A stretch of 64,000 nucleotides of DNA from an uncultured Candidatus Saccharibacteria bacterium (lineage in GTDB: Bacteria; Patescibacteriota; Dojkabacteria; J137): contig CAZSKK010000002.1 of assembly GCA_964607415.1 (NCBI GenBank), positions 158,380-222,379 of the forward strand, read 5' to 3'. The stretch's first letter is position 1, and each line of letters opens with the position of its first letter. Positions 35,738-46,539 of the stretch are shown here, piece after piece. A program made the translations under genes and the position numbers. The notes beneath the pieces are model-generated. The model ran no database searches, was not told where the DNA came from, and was given only the letters and a program-made list of their open reading frames with translations.

Positions 35738-37285
35738 ATGGACGGCTTAAGTATTGTACTAATAACCACCTTCGCAATAACTACTGTTGCAGGTGTTGCT
35801 GGTAGTGTCTTTAGCTTTAAGGAACTTAAAAAAGCTAAATTTGATCTATCAAAAAATAAAGGTGTAGTTCTTTCAGAAGAGGAGGCTATAGAAAAAGCAA
35901 GCCAAATTGCTAAATCTAAAATCCTTGAGGCTGAGAAAAAAGTTCTAAGTTTAGAAAAGACTGCTCAAGAACAAGCAGCTTCTGTCAGAGAAAAGTTCAA
36001 GGAACAAGAAATGCTTCTTGCTGAAAGAGAAAGAAATCTCGTTGATAGAAATAAAACTTTGGATAAAAGATTTGATGAAATCGAAGAAAAAGAGAAGAGT
36101 CTAGATCAAGCGAAAAGAGATGTAAAAAATGCAAGACAGCAGTTATCAGAGCAGCTTGAAAAAATAGCTAAATTAACTAGAGCTGAAGCTGAAGCTTTGC
36201 TAAAAGAAGAAGTCGACAAGGATCTTGGCGACTGGAAAGCAAAAAAAATTAAAGAGTCAAAGCAACAAATTGAATTTGAAGCAGATGAGATTGCAAAGAA
36301 AGTTTTAGTTGAAACAATGCATAATGCAGCAACTGACTATGTTGCAGAAACAACTACAACTACACTTACAATTGATGATGAAACTCTAAAGGGTAAAATT
36401 ATTGGTAAGGATGGTAGAAATATCAGAACATTCGAAAAGTTAACTGGAGTTGATGTAATAATCGATGAAGCTCCTAATCAAGTTACTCTTTCATGTTTTG
36501 ATCCAATCAGAAGAGAAGTTGGTGCAATTGCAATGAAAAAGCTTCTTCAAGATGGAAGAGTTCACCCAGGAACTATAGAAGAAACAGTAGAAAAAGTTAA
36601 AAAAGATCTTCTTAAAGAAATTAAAAAAACAGGTGAAGAAATTGCATTTGAAACAGGATTTAACGATTTACCAACTGAAATTATAATGCTTTTGGGTAGA
36701 TTCAAATATAGATTTAGTTACGGACAAAATCTTGTAAAACATACCTTGGAAATGGTTAAGATTGGGGAACAGCTTGCTATGGAAGTTGGAGCTGATGTCC
36801 AAACCGTAAAACTTGCATGTTTGCTACACGACATTGGTAAAGTTGTCCCTCAAGAAGGAAAGCAACACCACCATATTTCTGCAGATATTGCTAGAAAATA
36901 CTACAAAGACGATAGACTAGTAAACGCAATTGAAGCTCATCACTATGATATTGAATCTAAAAGTGTGGAAGCAGAACTTGTAAGAATAGCTGATGCAATT
37001 TCTGGAGCTAGACCTGGAGCAAGAAGAGATAGCTACGAAGACTATGTAAAAAGAATTAGAGCTTTAGAAGATATTGCAAAAAATCAAAAAGGTGTTGAAG
37101 CAGCATTTGCAATCCACGCAGGCCGAGAGGTTAGAGTTTTGGTTAAACCAGATCAAGTTACAGATAAGGATGTTGATACAATGGCATTTGAAATTGCAAA
37201 AGAAATTGAAAAAACTCAAAGCTACCCAGGAGTGATTAAGGTAAACGTAATTAGAGAATATAGGAAGACTGAAGAGGCAAAATAA
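35738..37285 (+). CDS. rny: Ribonuclease Y
   Basis: N-terminal TM, coiled coil, KH domain GKIIGKDGRNIRTFEKLTGVDVIIDE, and HD domain LLHDIGK. Confidence 0.85.
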   Translation: MDGLSIVLITTFAITTVAGVAGSVFSFKELKKAKFDLSKNKGVVLSEEEAIEKASQIAKSKILEAEKKVLSLEKTAQEQAASVREKFKEQEMLLAERERNLVDRNKTLDKRFDEIEEKEKSLDQAKRDVKNARQQLSEQLEKIAKLTRAEAEALLKEEVDKDLGDWKAKKIKESKQQIEFEADEIAKKVLVETMHNAATDYVAETTTTTLTIDDETLKGKIIGKDGRNIRTFEKLTGVDVIIDEAPNQVTLSCFDPIRREVGAIAMKKLLQDGRVHPGTIEETVEKVKKDLLKEIKKTGEEIAFETGFNDLPTEIIMLLGRFKYRFSYGQNLVKHTLEMVKIGEQLAMEVGADVQTVKLACLLHDIGKVVPQEGKQHHHISADIARKYYKDDRLVNAIEAHHYDIESKSVEAELVRIADAISGARPGARRDSYEDYVKRIRALEDIAKNQKGVEAAFAIHAGREVRVLVKPDQVTDKDVDTMAFEIAKEIEKTQSYPGVIKVNVIREYRKTEEAK

Positions 37286-37344
37286 ATAGATATCATGTGA
37301 GCACGAAGAGCGAGCATAGAATAGATATACTTATCCAGCGAAAT

Positions 37345-37378
37345 AAAAAAGCCGCGACATCAATGTCGCGGCTTTTTT
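37345..37378. terminator. Bidirectional rho-independent terminator between rny and the HEPN-nucleotidyltransferase gene
   Basis: aaaaaa-GCCGCGACA-tcaa-TGTCGCGGC-tttttt is a perfect 9-bp GC stem flanked by an A-tract and a T-tract. Confidence 0.8.
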
Positions 37379-37404
37379 ATTTCTCAAAATTCTATATATT
37401 TTGT

Positions 37405-38229
37405 TTAATTTACAATATCCTTAAACCTCTTTTCATAAATAACTCTACCCTCGCCTATTGCTGTTTCCAAATATCCTTCGCCTTCCTCTTTTAAAAGCCA
37501 GTCAAACTCATCTGGTGTATATACTAAAGGCTCAATAATTGGGTCCGTACCTTTTGTTAAATCTCTGACAAATTGAATTCTTTCTATAAATGGTGTTTTA
37601 GTATTTGCTACAATTAAAATATCCATTGTAGAACTTTTTGGTCTTACTTTATCTCTTGCAAATCCTCCGTAAAGAATTATTTTCTCTACATCGAACTCAT
37701 CAATTGCTGTTAAAATCTCCACTATTTTTTGAATTCTGTCTTCAATTTCTGCGCCAGTGTAATAATATTCCTCTAAATCAACAAGCTTTCCATCACCTTT
37801 AGAAATTTTACCTTGTTGAATAAACTCCGAAATTTTTTTATAAATCTCAGTTGAAAGTTCTATACAAGTCTTTGCGTCTTTTTGATCTATAAATTCGTGT
37901 GGGGACTTGTTTTGCCCAGGAATTATGAATGGATATCTAGAGATAAAAGTATAAGCTTCAATTTTTCTGTAATCAAGCTTAACATCAAAAAACAGTTTAT
38001 TAGCTCTGTTTGCAAGCCCCATTAAAACTCCAAGTTTATGAACCTTTGGAGGTGGAAAACCCGCATGTACAATAACTGCTTTTATACTTTTTTCTACACT
38101 TTGCGTGGATTGGTAACAAGCCCATTCGAAGTTTCCTGATTTTAATGAAATTTCTGCAGCTGCCAAATCATATCTGGCCTGCTCCAACCAGACAAGAAAA
38201 CGGGTACGTTGTTTTTCTGCTTGTGTCAC
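37405..38229 (-). CDS. Single-chain HEPN-nucleotidyltransferase (minimal nucleotidyltransferase, MNT) fusion protein
   Basis: N-terminal HEPN-like helical domain (ARYDLAAAEISLKSGNFEWACYQSTQSVEKSIKAVIVHAG ... ISRYP). C-terminal Pol-beta-type NTase motif ILYGGFARDKVRPKSSTMDILIV. Confidence 0.55.
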   Translation of the reverse strand: MTQAEKQRTRFLVWLEQARYDLAAAEISLKSGNFEWACYQSTQSVEKSIKAVIVHAGFPPPKVHKLGVLMGLANRANKLFFDVKLDYRKIEAYTFISRYPFIIPGQNKSPHEFIDQKDAKTCIELSTEIYKKISEFIQQGKISKGDGKLVDLEEYYYTGAEIEDRIQKIVEILTAIDEFDVEKIILYGGFARDKVRPKSSTMDILIVANTKTPFIERIQFVRDLTKGTDPIIEPLVYTPDEFDWLLKEEGEGYLETAIGEGRVIYEKRFKDIVN

Positions 38230-38243
38230 TTTAAAAAGTTTAA

Positions 38244-39515
38244 CTATCTTAAGTAATCTTTTAAAGCCTGGGCAATCTCGTCACTCTTCATTCTCTTTAA
38301 TGCTTTTGCTTCAATTTGTCTAATTCTTTCTCTTGTTACATTAAATTCATGTCCAACCTCTTCTAAGGTTCTTGCCACTCCATCTCTTAAACCAAATCTC
38401 AATTCTAGCACTTTTCTTTCTCTATCTGATAAGCCGTCAAGGATTTCATTAATTTGTTTTTTTAAGAATGACCATGTAGCTAATTCTTCTGGAGGTGCTG
38501 TAAATTCATCAGGAATAATATCTATAAGACTATTTTCTTGTTCCTCGCCAATTGGCATTTCAAGTGATTGCGGTTTTTGAGCTATTTTAACAATCTCCTG
38601 TACTTTATCTACACTTATCTCCATTTTATCAGCAATCTCTTTGGTTGTCGGTTTTCTACCTAAAGTTGATGCTAGCTGTGAAGATACTTTACTTAATTTA
38701 TTAATTGTTTCAATCATGTGAACTGGAACCCTTATTGTTCTAGCTTGATCAGCTATAGCTCTAGTTATCGCCTGTCTAATCCACCATGTAGCATAAGTCG
38801 AAAATTTAAAGCCTTTTCTATACTCGAATTTTTCTACCGCTCTCATCAAACCAAGATTTCCTTCCTGAATTAAATCTAGCAGGTCTAAGCCTCTTTTTAG
38901 GTAATTCTTTGCGATAGATACTACAAGCCTTAAATTTGCAGTAGTTAACAAATGCTGTGCTTCTATGCCATCTCTAATAGCTTTATTAATATATTTTTTA
39001 TCTTTATTAATTATTTGCCTTTTAGCTTTTTTTACCTCAGAAGATTTAACTTCCCCTATCTTAATATTCTCTAATGCTTTAACATAAACATCCTCCTTTG
39101 TTTCCTTTGCTAATTTTTTTATGATTTCGATAAGTTCATTTTCTCCATCTTCAATTCTTTTTGCCAAAATTACTTCTTCTTCTGCACTCAAAAGTGGAAT
39201 TTTTCCTATTTCTTGAAGGTAAGCCCTTATAGGGTCTGTACTTATGTGTGACCTTATCTGTTTTAATATTCTAATCTTATCCTCAAAGGTCATTTTATCT
39301 TTTACACTTTCTAATGAAACTTCAGCTGTATCTAGAGGAGATATAATCTCAACTTCGCTGTCTTGGAGGACATCTATAATATATTCTAAAAGTTGTAAAT
39401 CTTCTTCAATCTCAGGGAAAACGCTCAAAATATCGTCCTGTGAAAGATATCCCTGCTTTTTACCAAGAATCAAAATATTTTCAACCTTCTGTTTATCTTC
39501 TGGATGAATGGCCAT
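38244..39515 (-). CDS. rpoD: RNA polymerase sigma factor (sigma-70/RpoD)
   Basis: Region 2 [37 protein letters not shown]. Region 4 [15 protein letters not shown]. Confidence 0.85.
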   Translation of the reverse strand: MAIHPEDKQKVENILILGKKQGYLSQDDILSVFPEIEEDLQLLEYIIDVLQDSEVEIISPLDTAEVSLESVKDKMTFEDKIRILKQIRSHISTDPIRAYLQEIGKIPLLSAEEEVILAKRIEDGENELIEIIKKLAKETKEDVYVKALENIKIGEVKSSEVKKAKRQIINKDKKYINKAIRDGIEAQHLLTTANLRLVVSIAKNYLKRGLDLLDLIQEGNLGLMRAVEKFEYRKGFKFSTYATWWIRQAITRAIADQARTIRVPVHMIETINKLSKVSSQLASTLGRKPTTKEIADKMEISVDKVQEIVKIAQKPQSLEMPIGEEQENSLIDIIPDEFTAPPEELATWSFLKKQINEILDGLSDRERKVLELRFGLRDGVARTLEEVGHEFNVTRERIRQIEAKALKRMKSDEIAQALKDYLR

Positions 39516-39715
39516 TTGTGATAAACTAAAAAATAAGAATTATTAAATCAATGTGTTTTTCATCTTGCCAGAATTATAGGCAAATGGTTTACTAAAAGCG
39601 AATCATACAAAAAGAGTTTTGTTTGAAATGCTATGTCTTGAGGTACCAAATATTGTAACACACACCTGATAAATAACTAAGCACTTAATTGATACGAATA
39701 AAAGATTATATCACT

Positions 39716-40606
39716 ATGGCTTTGTATACTTACGAAAAAAACATAAAAAGTTCAGATTTGAAAGATAATGTTTCTTTTGAGCCAAAAGATAAAACTTTCG
39801 AAGTTTCCAATCTTCATGGCGATAACTCAGTAAATGCTCTCCCTTCCATTTGGGAAGTACCTCAAAAAACTTACTCTTTACTTGATACCTTAGGTACAAA
39901 GTCTAAATTAGCTAATATAATGATCCCTGCTTTATTTATTTTAGCTGGTGGATTCTTTATTTTTAAAGAATTTTCGCCAGATTTAAAGCAAACGATTCAG
40001 GAAAGAAACGGTCTATTGGCTCAAGGAACAATTTCACCTGTGTCAGATGAATATATAAACTTATCTGAATATATATCAAACCCCGTAGGCCTTTCGCAAT
40101 TAACATCAGAAGCCTTAAATGAACATGTTCTTCTGGAAGATCAAACCAGTCTTTCTTACGAAGGTACATTTTATATCTCAATACCCGCACTAGAATTTGA
40201 ACGGCTTCCAGTTAAAGCCAATGTTGACAGTACGAGTGAAAGTACATATCAACAAGCTTTGAATCAAAGCCTAGGTCACTTTAAAGGAACCAGTTTGCCT
40301 GTGTCTGATGTTGAGAACAATATGGTAATTTACGGTCACAGTGCGGGAAGTAACTATAACCCACAAAGGAACGATCCTGTTGTGGCTTTTTCATTTTTAC
40401 ATGAATTAAAAGTTGGAGATGATATATTTATTGAGATTGAGGGTAAACGATACCACTATAAAATGTATAGAAGTAAAATTGTCGAACCTACAGATGTTTC
40501 TATTATTACTGGTACTCCTGGAAAAAAAACATTAACTTTGTTTACTTGCTGGCCTCAAGGAAATAACTCAAGCAGGTATGTAGCAATAGCAAGAGAAGCA
40601 GATTAG
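39716..40606 (+). CDS. Sortase family transpeptidase
   Basis: N-terminal TM. Catalytic His MVIYGHSAG and Cys motif TLTLFTCWP. Confidence 0.65.
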   Translation: MALYTYEKNIKSSDLKDNVSFEPKDKTFEVSNLHGDNSVNALPSIWEVPQKTYSLLDTLGTKSKLANIMIPALFILAGGFFIFKEFSPDLKQTIQERNGLLAQGTISPVSDEYINLSEYISNPVGLSQLTSEALNEHVLLEDQTSLSYEGTFYISIPALEFERLPVKANVDSTSESTYQQALNQSLGHFKGTSLPVSDVENNMVIYGHSAGSNYNPQRNDPVVAFSFLHELKVGDDIFIEIEGKRYHYKMYRSKIVEPTDVSIITGTPGKKTLTLFTCWPQGNNSSRYVAIAREAD

Positions 40607-40693
40607 AACTGTAAAGGTTAAGAGGTTGAGTGCTTATTCAGATAAAATTCCCAAACACTTTACTGTTCTTTACCTCTATTGCTGGTAAGCTTT

Positions 40694-41860
40694 CTAGCTG
40701 TTCTCTTCGTCTTCGTTCTTTCTTCTTCTCAGAAAACTTGGAAGGTTATCCATTACATCATCGTATTTACCTTCATTTGATGATAAAGTTCCCAAAGTAC
40801 CCACTTGCCTTGTAGTTTCTTTTGGCACTTGCACTTGAGGTTTTTGGGTATAGCTAGGTTGTTCTGAAACAGCTCCTGACCTAGTATTTGGATTCGCAAA
40901 TATAGCAGCATCTGATTCAAATCCTGTTGCCAAAACAGTAATTTCAATACCTTTTTTATTCTCATCAATACTAGCTCCAAAGATAAATATAGCATCTGGA
41001 GAAACTCTATTTCGGATAATTTCAGCAGCTTCATTGATTTCGGACATACCCATATCTCTGCCGCCAACAACATTAAATAGGATTCCTTTTGCGCCATCTA
41101 TTGTAATTTCAAGTAAAGGACTTTCTATCGCCATTTTTGCAGCTTCTTGCGCTCTATTTTCACCATCAGCAGCTCCCATTCCCATCAATGCGGTCCCGCC
41201 ATTATCCATAACACTTCTTACATCAGCAAAATCCACATTAATTATTCCTGGTTGCGTAATTAAGTTAGATATACTTTTTACAGCTTGAGATAAAACATCA
41301 TCAGCCTTTTTCATAGCATCTAAAAATGATGCATTTTTGTCCATTATATCTAAAAGCCTTTGGTTAGGAACAACAATAAGGGTATCTACTTTATCTCTCA
41401 ATTCTTCTATTCCTTTCAAGGCTAAATCCATTCTTCTTTTCATTTCAAACTGAAAAGGTTTTGTTACCACCCCAACAGTCAAAGCACCTAGATTTTTTGC
41501 AATTCCAGCTACAATCGGCGCAGCACCAGTACCAGTACCGCCACCCATTCCGGCAGTTATAAATACCATATCTGCTCCTGCCAGATTTTCATGAAGCACA
41601 TCTACTGTTTCCTCAGCAGCTTTTCTCCCAATTACAGGATTTCCACCGCTTCCTAAACCTCTAGTTATTTGTTCACCTATTCTTAATTTAATATCTGCTT
41701 TTGAATTCAACAAAGCTTGAGAATCGGTATTAACAGCTATAAATTCTACATCTTCGATATTATGATCCGTGATCATAGTATTTAAAGCATTTCCACCACC
41801 ACCACCCACACCGACTACTTTAATCTTTGCTGTTAATGGCGCCTGAGGTTTAACTAACAT
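40694..41860 (-). CDS. ftsZ: Cell division GTPase FtsZ
   Basis: GGGTGTG tubulin signature and [13 protein letters not shown]. Confidence 0.9.
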   Translation of the reverse strand: MLVKPQAPLTAKIKVVGVGGGGGNALNTMITDHNIEDVEFIAVNTDSQALLNSKADIKLRIGEQITRGLGSGGNPVIGRKAAEETVDVLHENLAGADMVFITAGMGGGTGTGAAPIVAGIAKNLGALTVGVVTKPFQFEMKRRMDLALKGIEELRDKVDTLIVVPNQRLLDIMDKNASFLDAMKKADDVLSQAVKSISNLITQPGIINVDFADVRSVMDNGGTALMGMGAADGENRAQEAAKMAIESPLLEITIDGAKGILFNVVGGRDMGMSEINEAAEIIRNRVSPDAIFIFGASIDENKKGIEITVLATGFESDAAIFANPNTRSGAVSEQPSYTQKPQVQVPKETTRQVGTLGTLSSNEGKYDDVMDNLPSFLRRRKNEDEENS

Positions 41861-42199
41861 ATTCTTAAATTTAAAATCTACAGATAAAAATTAATCAACA
41901 AAATAATTATTGCTTGATTAAATACTAATTCACATTACCAAAAAATTCAAGTATTAAAGCATACAAAATACCCTTTTTTGTGCAAGATTTTTACTCTATA
42001 GTTAAAAATCTATACTGCTTAGCCCTAAATTGGACAAAATTTTTATTCAAACATCGATCTTATCCAGAAAGTTTACTTAAATCGATTGGAATTTTTTAGC
42101 TTGAAATTTACAAAATTTAAAGAAGACTGATTTTCACTATATATAGGCTCATTTACCTTAAGCTACGTAAGAAAAAATTATTTTGAAGATAAAATGTGT

Positions 42200-43504
42200 T
42201 TATGGTAAAAGATTTTTGAAGAAACCCCGAGCTTTTCCTACTATACTGTCACCCGATTTCTTGATTGAATTGCCAGCAGCAAACCCAGTATTGCCAACTC
42301 GATATCCGTCATCATTCATACCATAAAGAATCAGACCCTGGCTTGCAGAGTAACTACTATCAGAAATACCGTCAATTAGACCTTCCAACCCTCTTGGCTT
42401 GCCTACTCTTGCTGGAACACCAAATACTTCTTTTGCAAGTGCTGTTATTCCTGGAAGATTAGCAGAGCCACCAGTAATAACAATACCCGCAGGAAGTTTG
42501 TATTCATTTCCAGACATTTCAATATTTTCCTTAACTAAATCAAAGACCTCTTTCACTCTGTCTTCAACGATCAAATTAAAGAATTTCCTGGAAATAGTTT
42601 TAACACCCTCAATATTAAGATCAGAAATATCCAAGATATCTATTTTTCGTTCACTTTTCTCTTCTTTTTCTTTATCATCTTTTTTATCATCCGATTTTCT
42701 TACTTGCTTTCTCTCTGAATTTTTAATTATATCCTCAATATTTACTTTTATTTTTTCAGCATCATCAATAGAAAGCCTTAAACCCGCCGCTAAATCTCGC
42801 GTTACATTGCTCCCTCCAAAAGGAACACAAGTACTATAAGTTACAGCATCTTCAACAAAAGTAGACACAGAAACCGTTCCTCCACCAAAGTCCATCAATA
42901 GTACACCAAGCTCCTTTTCTGTTTGAGTTAAAACAGATTGAGCAGAAGCCCAGCCACTAAACACTGTTCCGTCTATTCTTAAGCCGATGCTTTGAATACA
43001 TTTCTCCAAATTATGAATTGCTGTGCTTGGTGCTGAAATAATGTGAGCATCGACCTCAAGCCTTAAACCAGTCATACCTATAGGAACCTTTATTCCACTT
43101 TGCTGATCCACAACAAACTCTCTTGGAATCAAATGAATTATCTCTCTTCCAGGTGGAATTGCAACAGTTCTCGCCTGCTCTAAAGATCTAAAAACATCAT
43201 CATCGGTTATTTCAGATTCATTGATCGCAACTACACCTTTATTATTATTTGAAACAATATTTTTACCGTTTATAGAAACATATGCCGAAGAAACCGTAAG
43301 ACCGGCCATTCTTTCTGCTCCATTTAACGCCGATGCAATACTATTTATCGCCTCATCAATTCCGGTTATTTCACCTTTTCTAATACCATAAGATGGATAA
43401 GAAGCCTCTCCTATGACCTTAGCTTTACCATTTTCATCAACCAGCGCGATTATTGCGCAAACTTTACTTGAACCAATGTCTATTGCTGTTATTATATTGG
43501 ACAT
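42200..43504 (-). CDS. ftsA: Cell division protein FtsA
   Basis: Actin-fold ITAIDIGSSKVCAII...DFGGGTV motifs. Contains a Lys/Asp/Glu-rich low-complexity insertion. Confidence 0.8.
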   Translation of the reverse strand: MSNIITAIDIGSSKVCAIIALVDENGKAKVIGEASYPSYGIRKGEITGIDEAINSIASALNGAERMAGLTVSSAYVSINGKNIVSNNNKGVVAINESEITDDDVFRSLEQARTVAIPPGREIIHLIPREFVVDQQSGIKVPIGMTGLRLEVDAHIISAPSTAIHNLEKCIQSIGLRIDGTVFSGWASAQSVLTQTEKELGVLLMDFGGGTVSVSTFVEDAVTYSTCVPFGGSNVTRDLAAGLRLSIDDAEKIKVNIEDIIKNSERKQVRKSDDKKDDKEKEEKSERKIDILDISDLNIEGVKTISRKFFNLIVEDRVKEVFDLVKENIEMSGNEYKLPAGIVITGGSANLPGITALAKEVFGVPARVGKPRGLEGLIDGISDSSYSASQGLILYGMNDDGYRVGNTGFAAGNSIKKSGDSIVGKARGFFKNLLP

Positions 43505-43717
43505 AAAAGTAATATCACTTAAGTATAATTAATCAAATTTTTGAATTTTATGATTTATTATATGGCAAGCTAAATGAAATATAGTATTCATTTTAGACGA
43601 ACCATAATTTAGTTTACAACATTAAGAATATCATTTTCAAGTTAACTTTACTACAACAGCAACTAATTATCAATTTGCAATTAAAAAAATTTTGAACTTT
43701 ACTAATGTTTAATTTAT

Positions 43718-44428
43718 TCAAAAAGCCTTTTCGGCAATTCCAAATGCACATAAAACGACCCCTACCACGTACCCTCCTATAGCAAAGTATTTTACTGTAT
43801 TTTGAGATACATAATGTGCAGTGTTTTTTATATTTGTTTTTTGATCTACTTCAAAATCTCTATACTGATTGTAAAAACATCCTCCTGCAGAAAAAAATCC
43901 TACCCCAATAAAAATCAGATATGATCCTAATGTTACTTTGCTTGATGGTAGACTAAGAAAGTAAAGCACTTCTACCATGGCTAACGCATATACATGGCTT
44001 AAAACATCCAAAACAGGTATACTTTTAAACCTTACCACCCTCCACGAGTACAAGTGTCCTGCCAATAGCCCTGAAAGAGCTATTATGATTGGAATGAGCG
44101 AACCCGAAACCAAACTTATAAGAACGCTTAAAAGTGCTGTAAGTCGTAATAGCCAAACCGCTTCTTTATAACTAATAAACTTTGCCGAAATAGGATTTCT
44201 TAAAGCTTTCTTGGGATCTTTTGCATCATCAGCATAGTCTTCACAATCATTAACAACAAACGCATAAGCTAAAATTGCAAAATTAACCAATAGACCTAGG
44301 ATTATTTCAAACGTAAAGTTCCATGCCGCAATAATACCGACAATCATTAATGGGAAGTAAAAATCTTTAAGAATCACGTCAACTCTAGAAAGTCGATAAT
44401 AACCTATTAAATATTTTTTTAATTTCAT
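43718..44428 (-). CDS. UbiA-family membrane prenyltransferase
   Basis: First Asp-rich motif VNDCEDYADDAKD (NDxxDxxxD), second motif YRDFEVDQ, multiple TM helices. 236 aa, short for the family. Confidence 0.5.
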   Translation of the reverse strand: MKLKKYLIGYYRLSRVDVILKDFYFPLMIVGIIAAWNFTFEIILGLLVNFAILAYAFVVNDCEDYADDAKDPKKALRNPISAKFISYKEAVWLLRLTALLSVLISLVSGSLIPIIIALSGLLAGHLYSWRVVRFKSIPVLDVLSHVYALAMVEVLYFLSLPSSKVTLGSYLIFIGVGFFSAGGCFYNQYRDFEVDQKTNIKNTAHYVSQNTVKYFAIGGYVVGVVLCAFGIAEKAF

Positions 44429-44551
44429 AAATTAGCTACAGTAAGATATTTACAGTAATGCAATGGTAACATATAGTAATTAATTGTAATACACTTGATC
44501 ATCAAGAAATTACTATTCTGTTCCAAATTTTTGAATCCTAAATATTAATTC

Positions 44552-45697
44552 TCACTTAACCGAATAAGTATCGGACCTCAAATCAAATACAGAACCTTGG
44601 TTTATAACGTCCGAATAAATTATTGTTTCCAAATCGGCCATTTGATCTTCTATTGTGCGTTTATTCGTAAATAAAAATGTTTTATTATCCTGCAATTTCA
44701 GTTGAAGAGTATATTCAGAGATCCATTTTATCTCAAGTACAACTATATTTTGTTCTTTGATTCTACCATAAAGCCTAATTACAAAGTCATTTTTATCAAA
44801 CTCTATCTGATCATTTTTTTTATAATCAACTCTTGAATTACTTGTAACTACAACCAGCTGTGGAAACTCACTATCTTTTACCGACATAATAAGCTCATTT
44901 TGAATCGAAAATATCAAATCATTAGCTTCTTTTTTCAATTTATCTAAAAGTTCGGTCTTTTTTGTTTGATCAACTTCCTCCCACTTTATGGTTGACCGTT
45001 CTTCAGAATCCTCTATTGTTAACAAATACCTTTCTTTTAGATAAGTTGAGTTTACATCAATCTCATTTGATACAAGTTTCAAATCATCGTCAGTGACAGG
45101 TTTCACGTTTGTTGCTCTAATTGACACAACTGTATAATTTTTATCCAATAGATAAGCACCCTTCAAATTCACATAGGCCATTACGGGAAATTTTTCTACA
45201 ACTTCCAATTGCAACGTATCAGGCATGATTTTTCTTACATATACTTCCTGTATAAAATCATATTGTTGTTTAATATTAGTTTTTATTTCTTGAGTATTTG
45301 CATTAATTAAACTTTTCCCTCTGTATTGCTCTACGCTTTGATTAAAAACTTCTTGGTTAACCTGTTCCAGCCCTAAGATTTCAATTTTTTTTATTTTAAA
45401 AAAAGGTAAATCTGAATATCTTGGCAGTACTTGCCAGAAGAATGCAAAAATAACTAAAATAAAAAGTAAAATCCTAAAGTTTCTACTTTTTAAGGGATTT
45501 TTCAGCCTATATTCACTGTTTGCTTTTTTTACTTTATTCATTTTTGTATTTCTTTTTCTCAGCTCCTTCAATTCTTTCGAACTCATTTGGTTTGGTTTAT
45601 TCCAAACAATTCCACCGGTTGGTTTTTTGTATACAACCGAAGCTTCTTTTTTCTTTTTATTTCTTGGCAATTTAAACTTCATAAAACTATTATACAA
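44552..45697 (-). CDS. FtsQ/DivIB-like division protein (POTRA domain) with basic N-terminal extension
   Basis: Single TM followed by POTRA-like FFKIKKIEILGLEQVNQEVF...LINANTQEIKTNI. Sits in the division cluster. Confidence 0.55.
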   Translation of the reverse strand: MYNSFMKFKLPRNKKKKEASVVYKKPTGGIVWNKPNQMSSKELKELRKRNTKMNKVKKANSEYRLKNPLKSRNFRILLFILVIFAFFWQVLPRYSDLPFFKIKKIEILGLEQVNQEVFNQSVEQYRGKSLINANTQEIKTNIKQQYDFIQEVYVRKIMPDTLQLEVVEKFPVMAYVNLKGAYLLDKNYTVVSIRATNVKPVTDDDLKLVSNEIDVNSTYLKERYLLTIEDSEERSTIKWEEVDQTKKTELLDKLKKEANDLIFSIQNELIMSVKDSEFPQLVVVTSNSRVDYKKNDQIEFDKNDFVIRLYGRIKEQNIVVLEIKWISEYTLQLKLQDNKTFLFTNKRTIEDQMADLETIIYSDVINQGSVFDLRSDTYSVK

Positions 45698-45775
45698 ATT
45701 TTAAAGCTACAAAAAATGGCCATGAAGAAAATACTTTCTTCATGGCCATAATTTACTATTATTCCTATTTATAAA

Positions 45776-46066
45776 CTAGGCTCCAATTTGCTTTACAAAT
45801 TTAGCTACATCTTCTTTGTTTTCCGCTGTCCTTTCCAAATACTTTATTAACCTTCTTCTTTCACCAACGATTTTCAACAAACCTCTTCTTGAATGTTTAT
45901 CTTTTTTATGAGTCTTTAAATGACCCGTTAAATACTTAATCCTTTCTGTTAGTAAAGCGATCTGAACCATTGGAGAACCTGTATCACCTTCATGCTCTCC
46001 ATACTTTTTAATTAGATCTTGTTTAATTTGCTTATCTTTTGCAAATCTGTTTTTCTTGCTAGACAT
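45776..46066 (-). CDS. rpsO: 30S ribosomal protein S15
   Basis: [51 protein letters not shown]. Confidence 0.8.
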   Translation of the reverse strand: MSSKKNRFAKDKQIKQDLIKKYGEHEGDTGSPMVQIALLTERIKYLTGHLKTHKKDKHSRRGLLKIVGERRRLIKYLERTAENKEDVAKFVKQIGA

Positions 46067-46128
46067 ATTTTCCTTTAATAAAATTTACCTAGTTATTATA
46101 TAATATTAATAACCCTTATGCAACAATG

Positions 46129-46452
46129 TTAGGAGCTTTTCCGCGAAGATTTATTTTTACTTCTGGAGAAAAAACCAAAAACCTTCTTTAGCATATACAA
46201 AATATCTGTTACTGACAATAGCTTTTGCAAAGAATCTAATGAAGAAATTGCCTTTTCACGTATAGCCTTATAATCCTCTTCTACCCCTTGAACAAGATTA
46301 GTTACATGACTTGTTGCTACTCTTAAATCTTTAAGCCCGAGAATTAATTGGCCAAAAAGCCTTATTATCTGGATTGCGATACCTAGAATTGCGAAACTTA
46401 TAGACAAGACGAGAATAACTTTTGCTATATCATAAGCAGTTTGAGTGTCCAC
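46129..46452 (-). CDS. Small membrane protein (107 aa)
   Basis: One TM helix with a basic C-terminus. Confidence 0.3.
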   Translation of the reverse strand: MDTQTAYDIAKVILVLSISFAILGIAIQIIRLFGQLILGLKDLRVATSHVTNLVQGVEEDYKAIREKAISSLDSLQKLLSVTDILYMLKKVFGFFSRSKNKSSRKSS

Positions 46453-46539
46453 GTGTAATAAAGATAATTGCGAATAAAATAAGAGTATTCTTGTAATCTA
46501 ATTTAGTATATATTCATTTAAGTTTCAAATCAAACCTAT

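Noticed and set aside
37297-37494. 65-aa + ORF spanning the rny terminator
   Set aside because: It reads straight through a perfect rho-independent terminator hairpin and overlaps the convergent HEPN-NTase gene, so it is not plausible.
41034-41288. Antisense ORFs inside ftsZ (40753-41097 -, 41034-41288 +) and inside ftsA (42265-42839)
   Set aside because: They are embedded in highly conserved division genes and are artefacts of the six-frame track.
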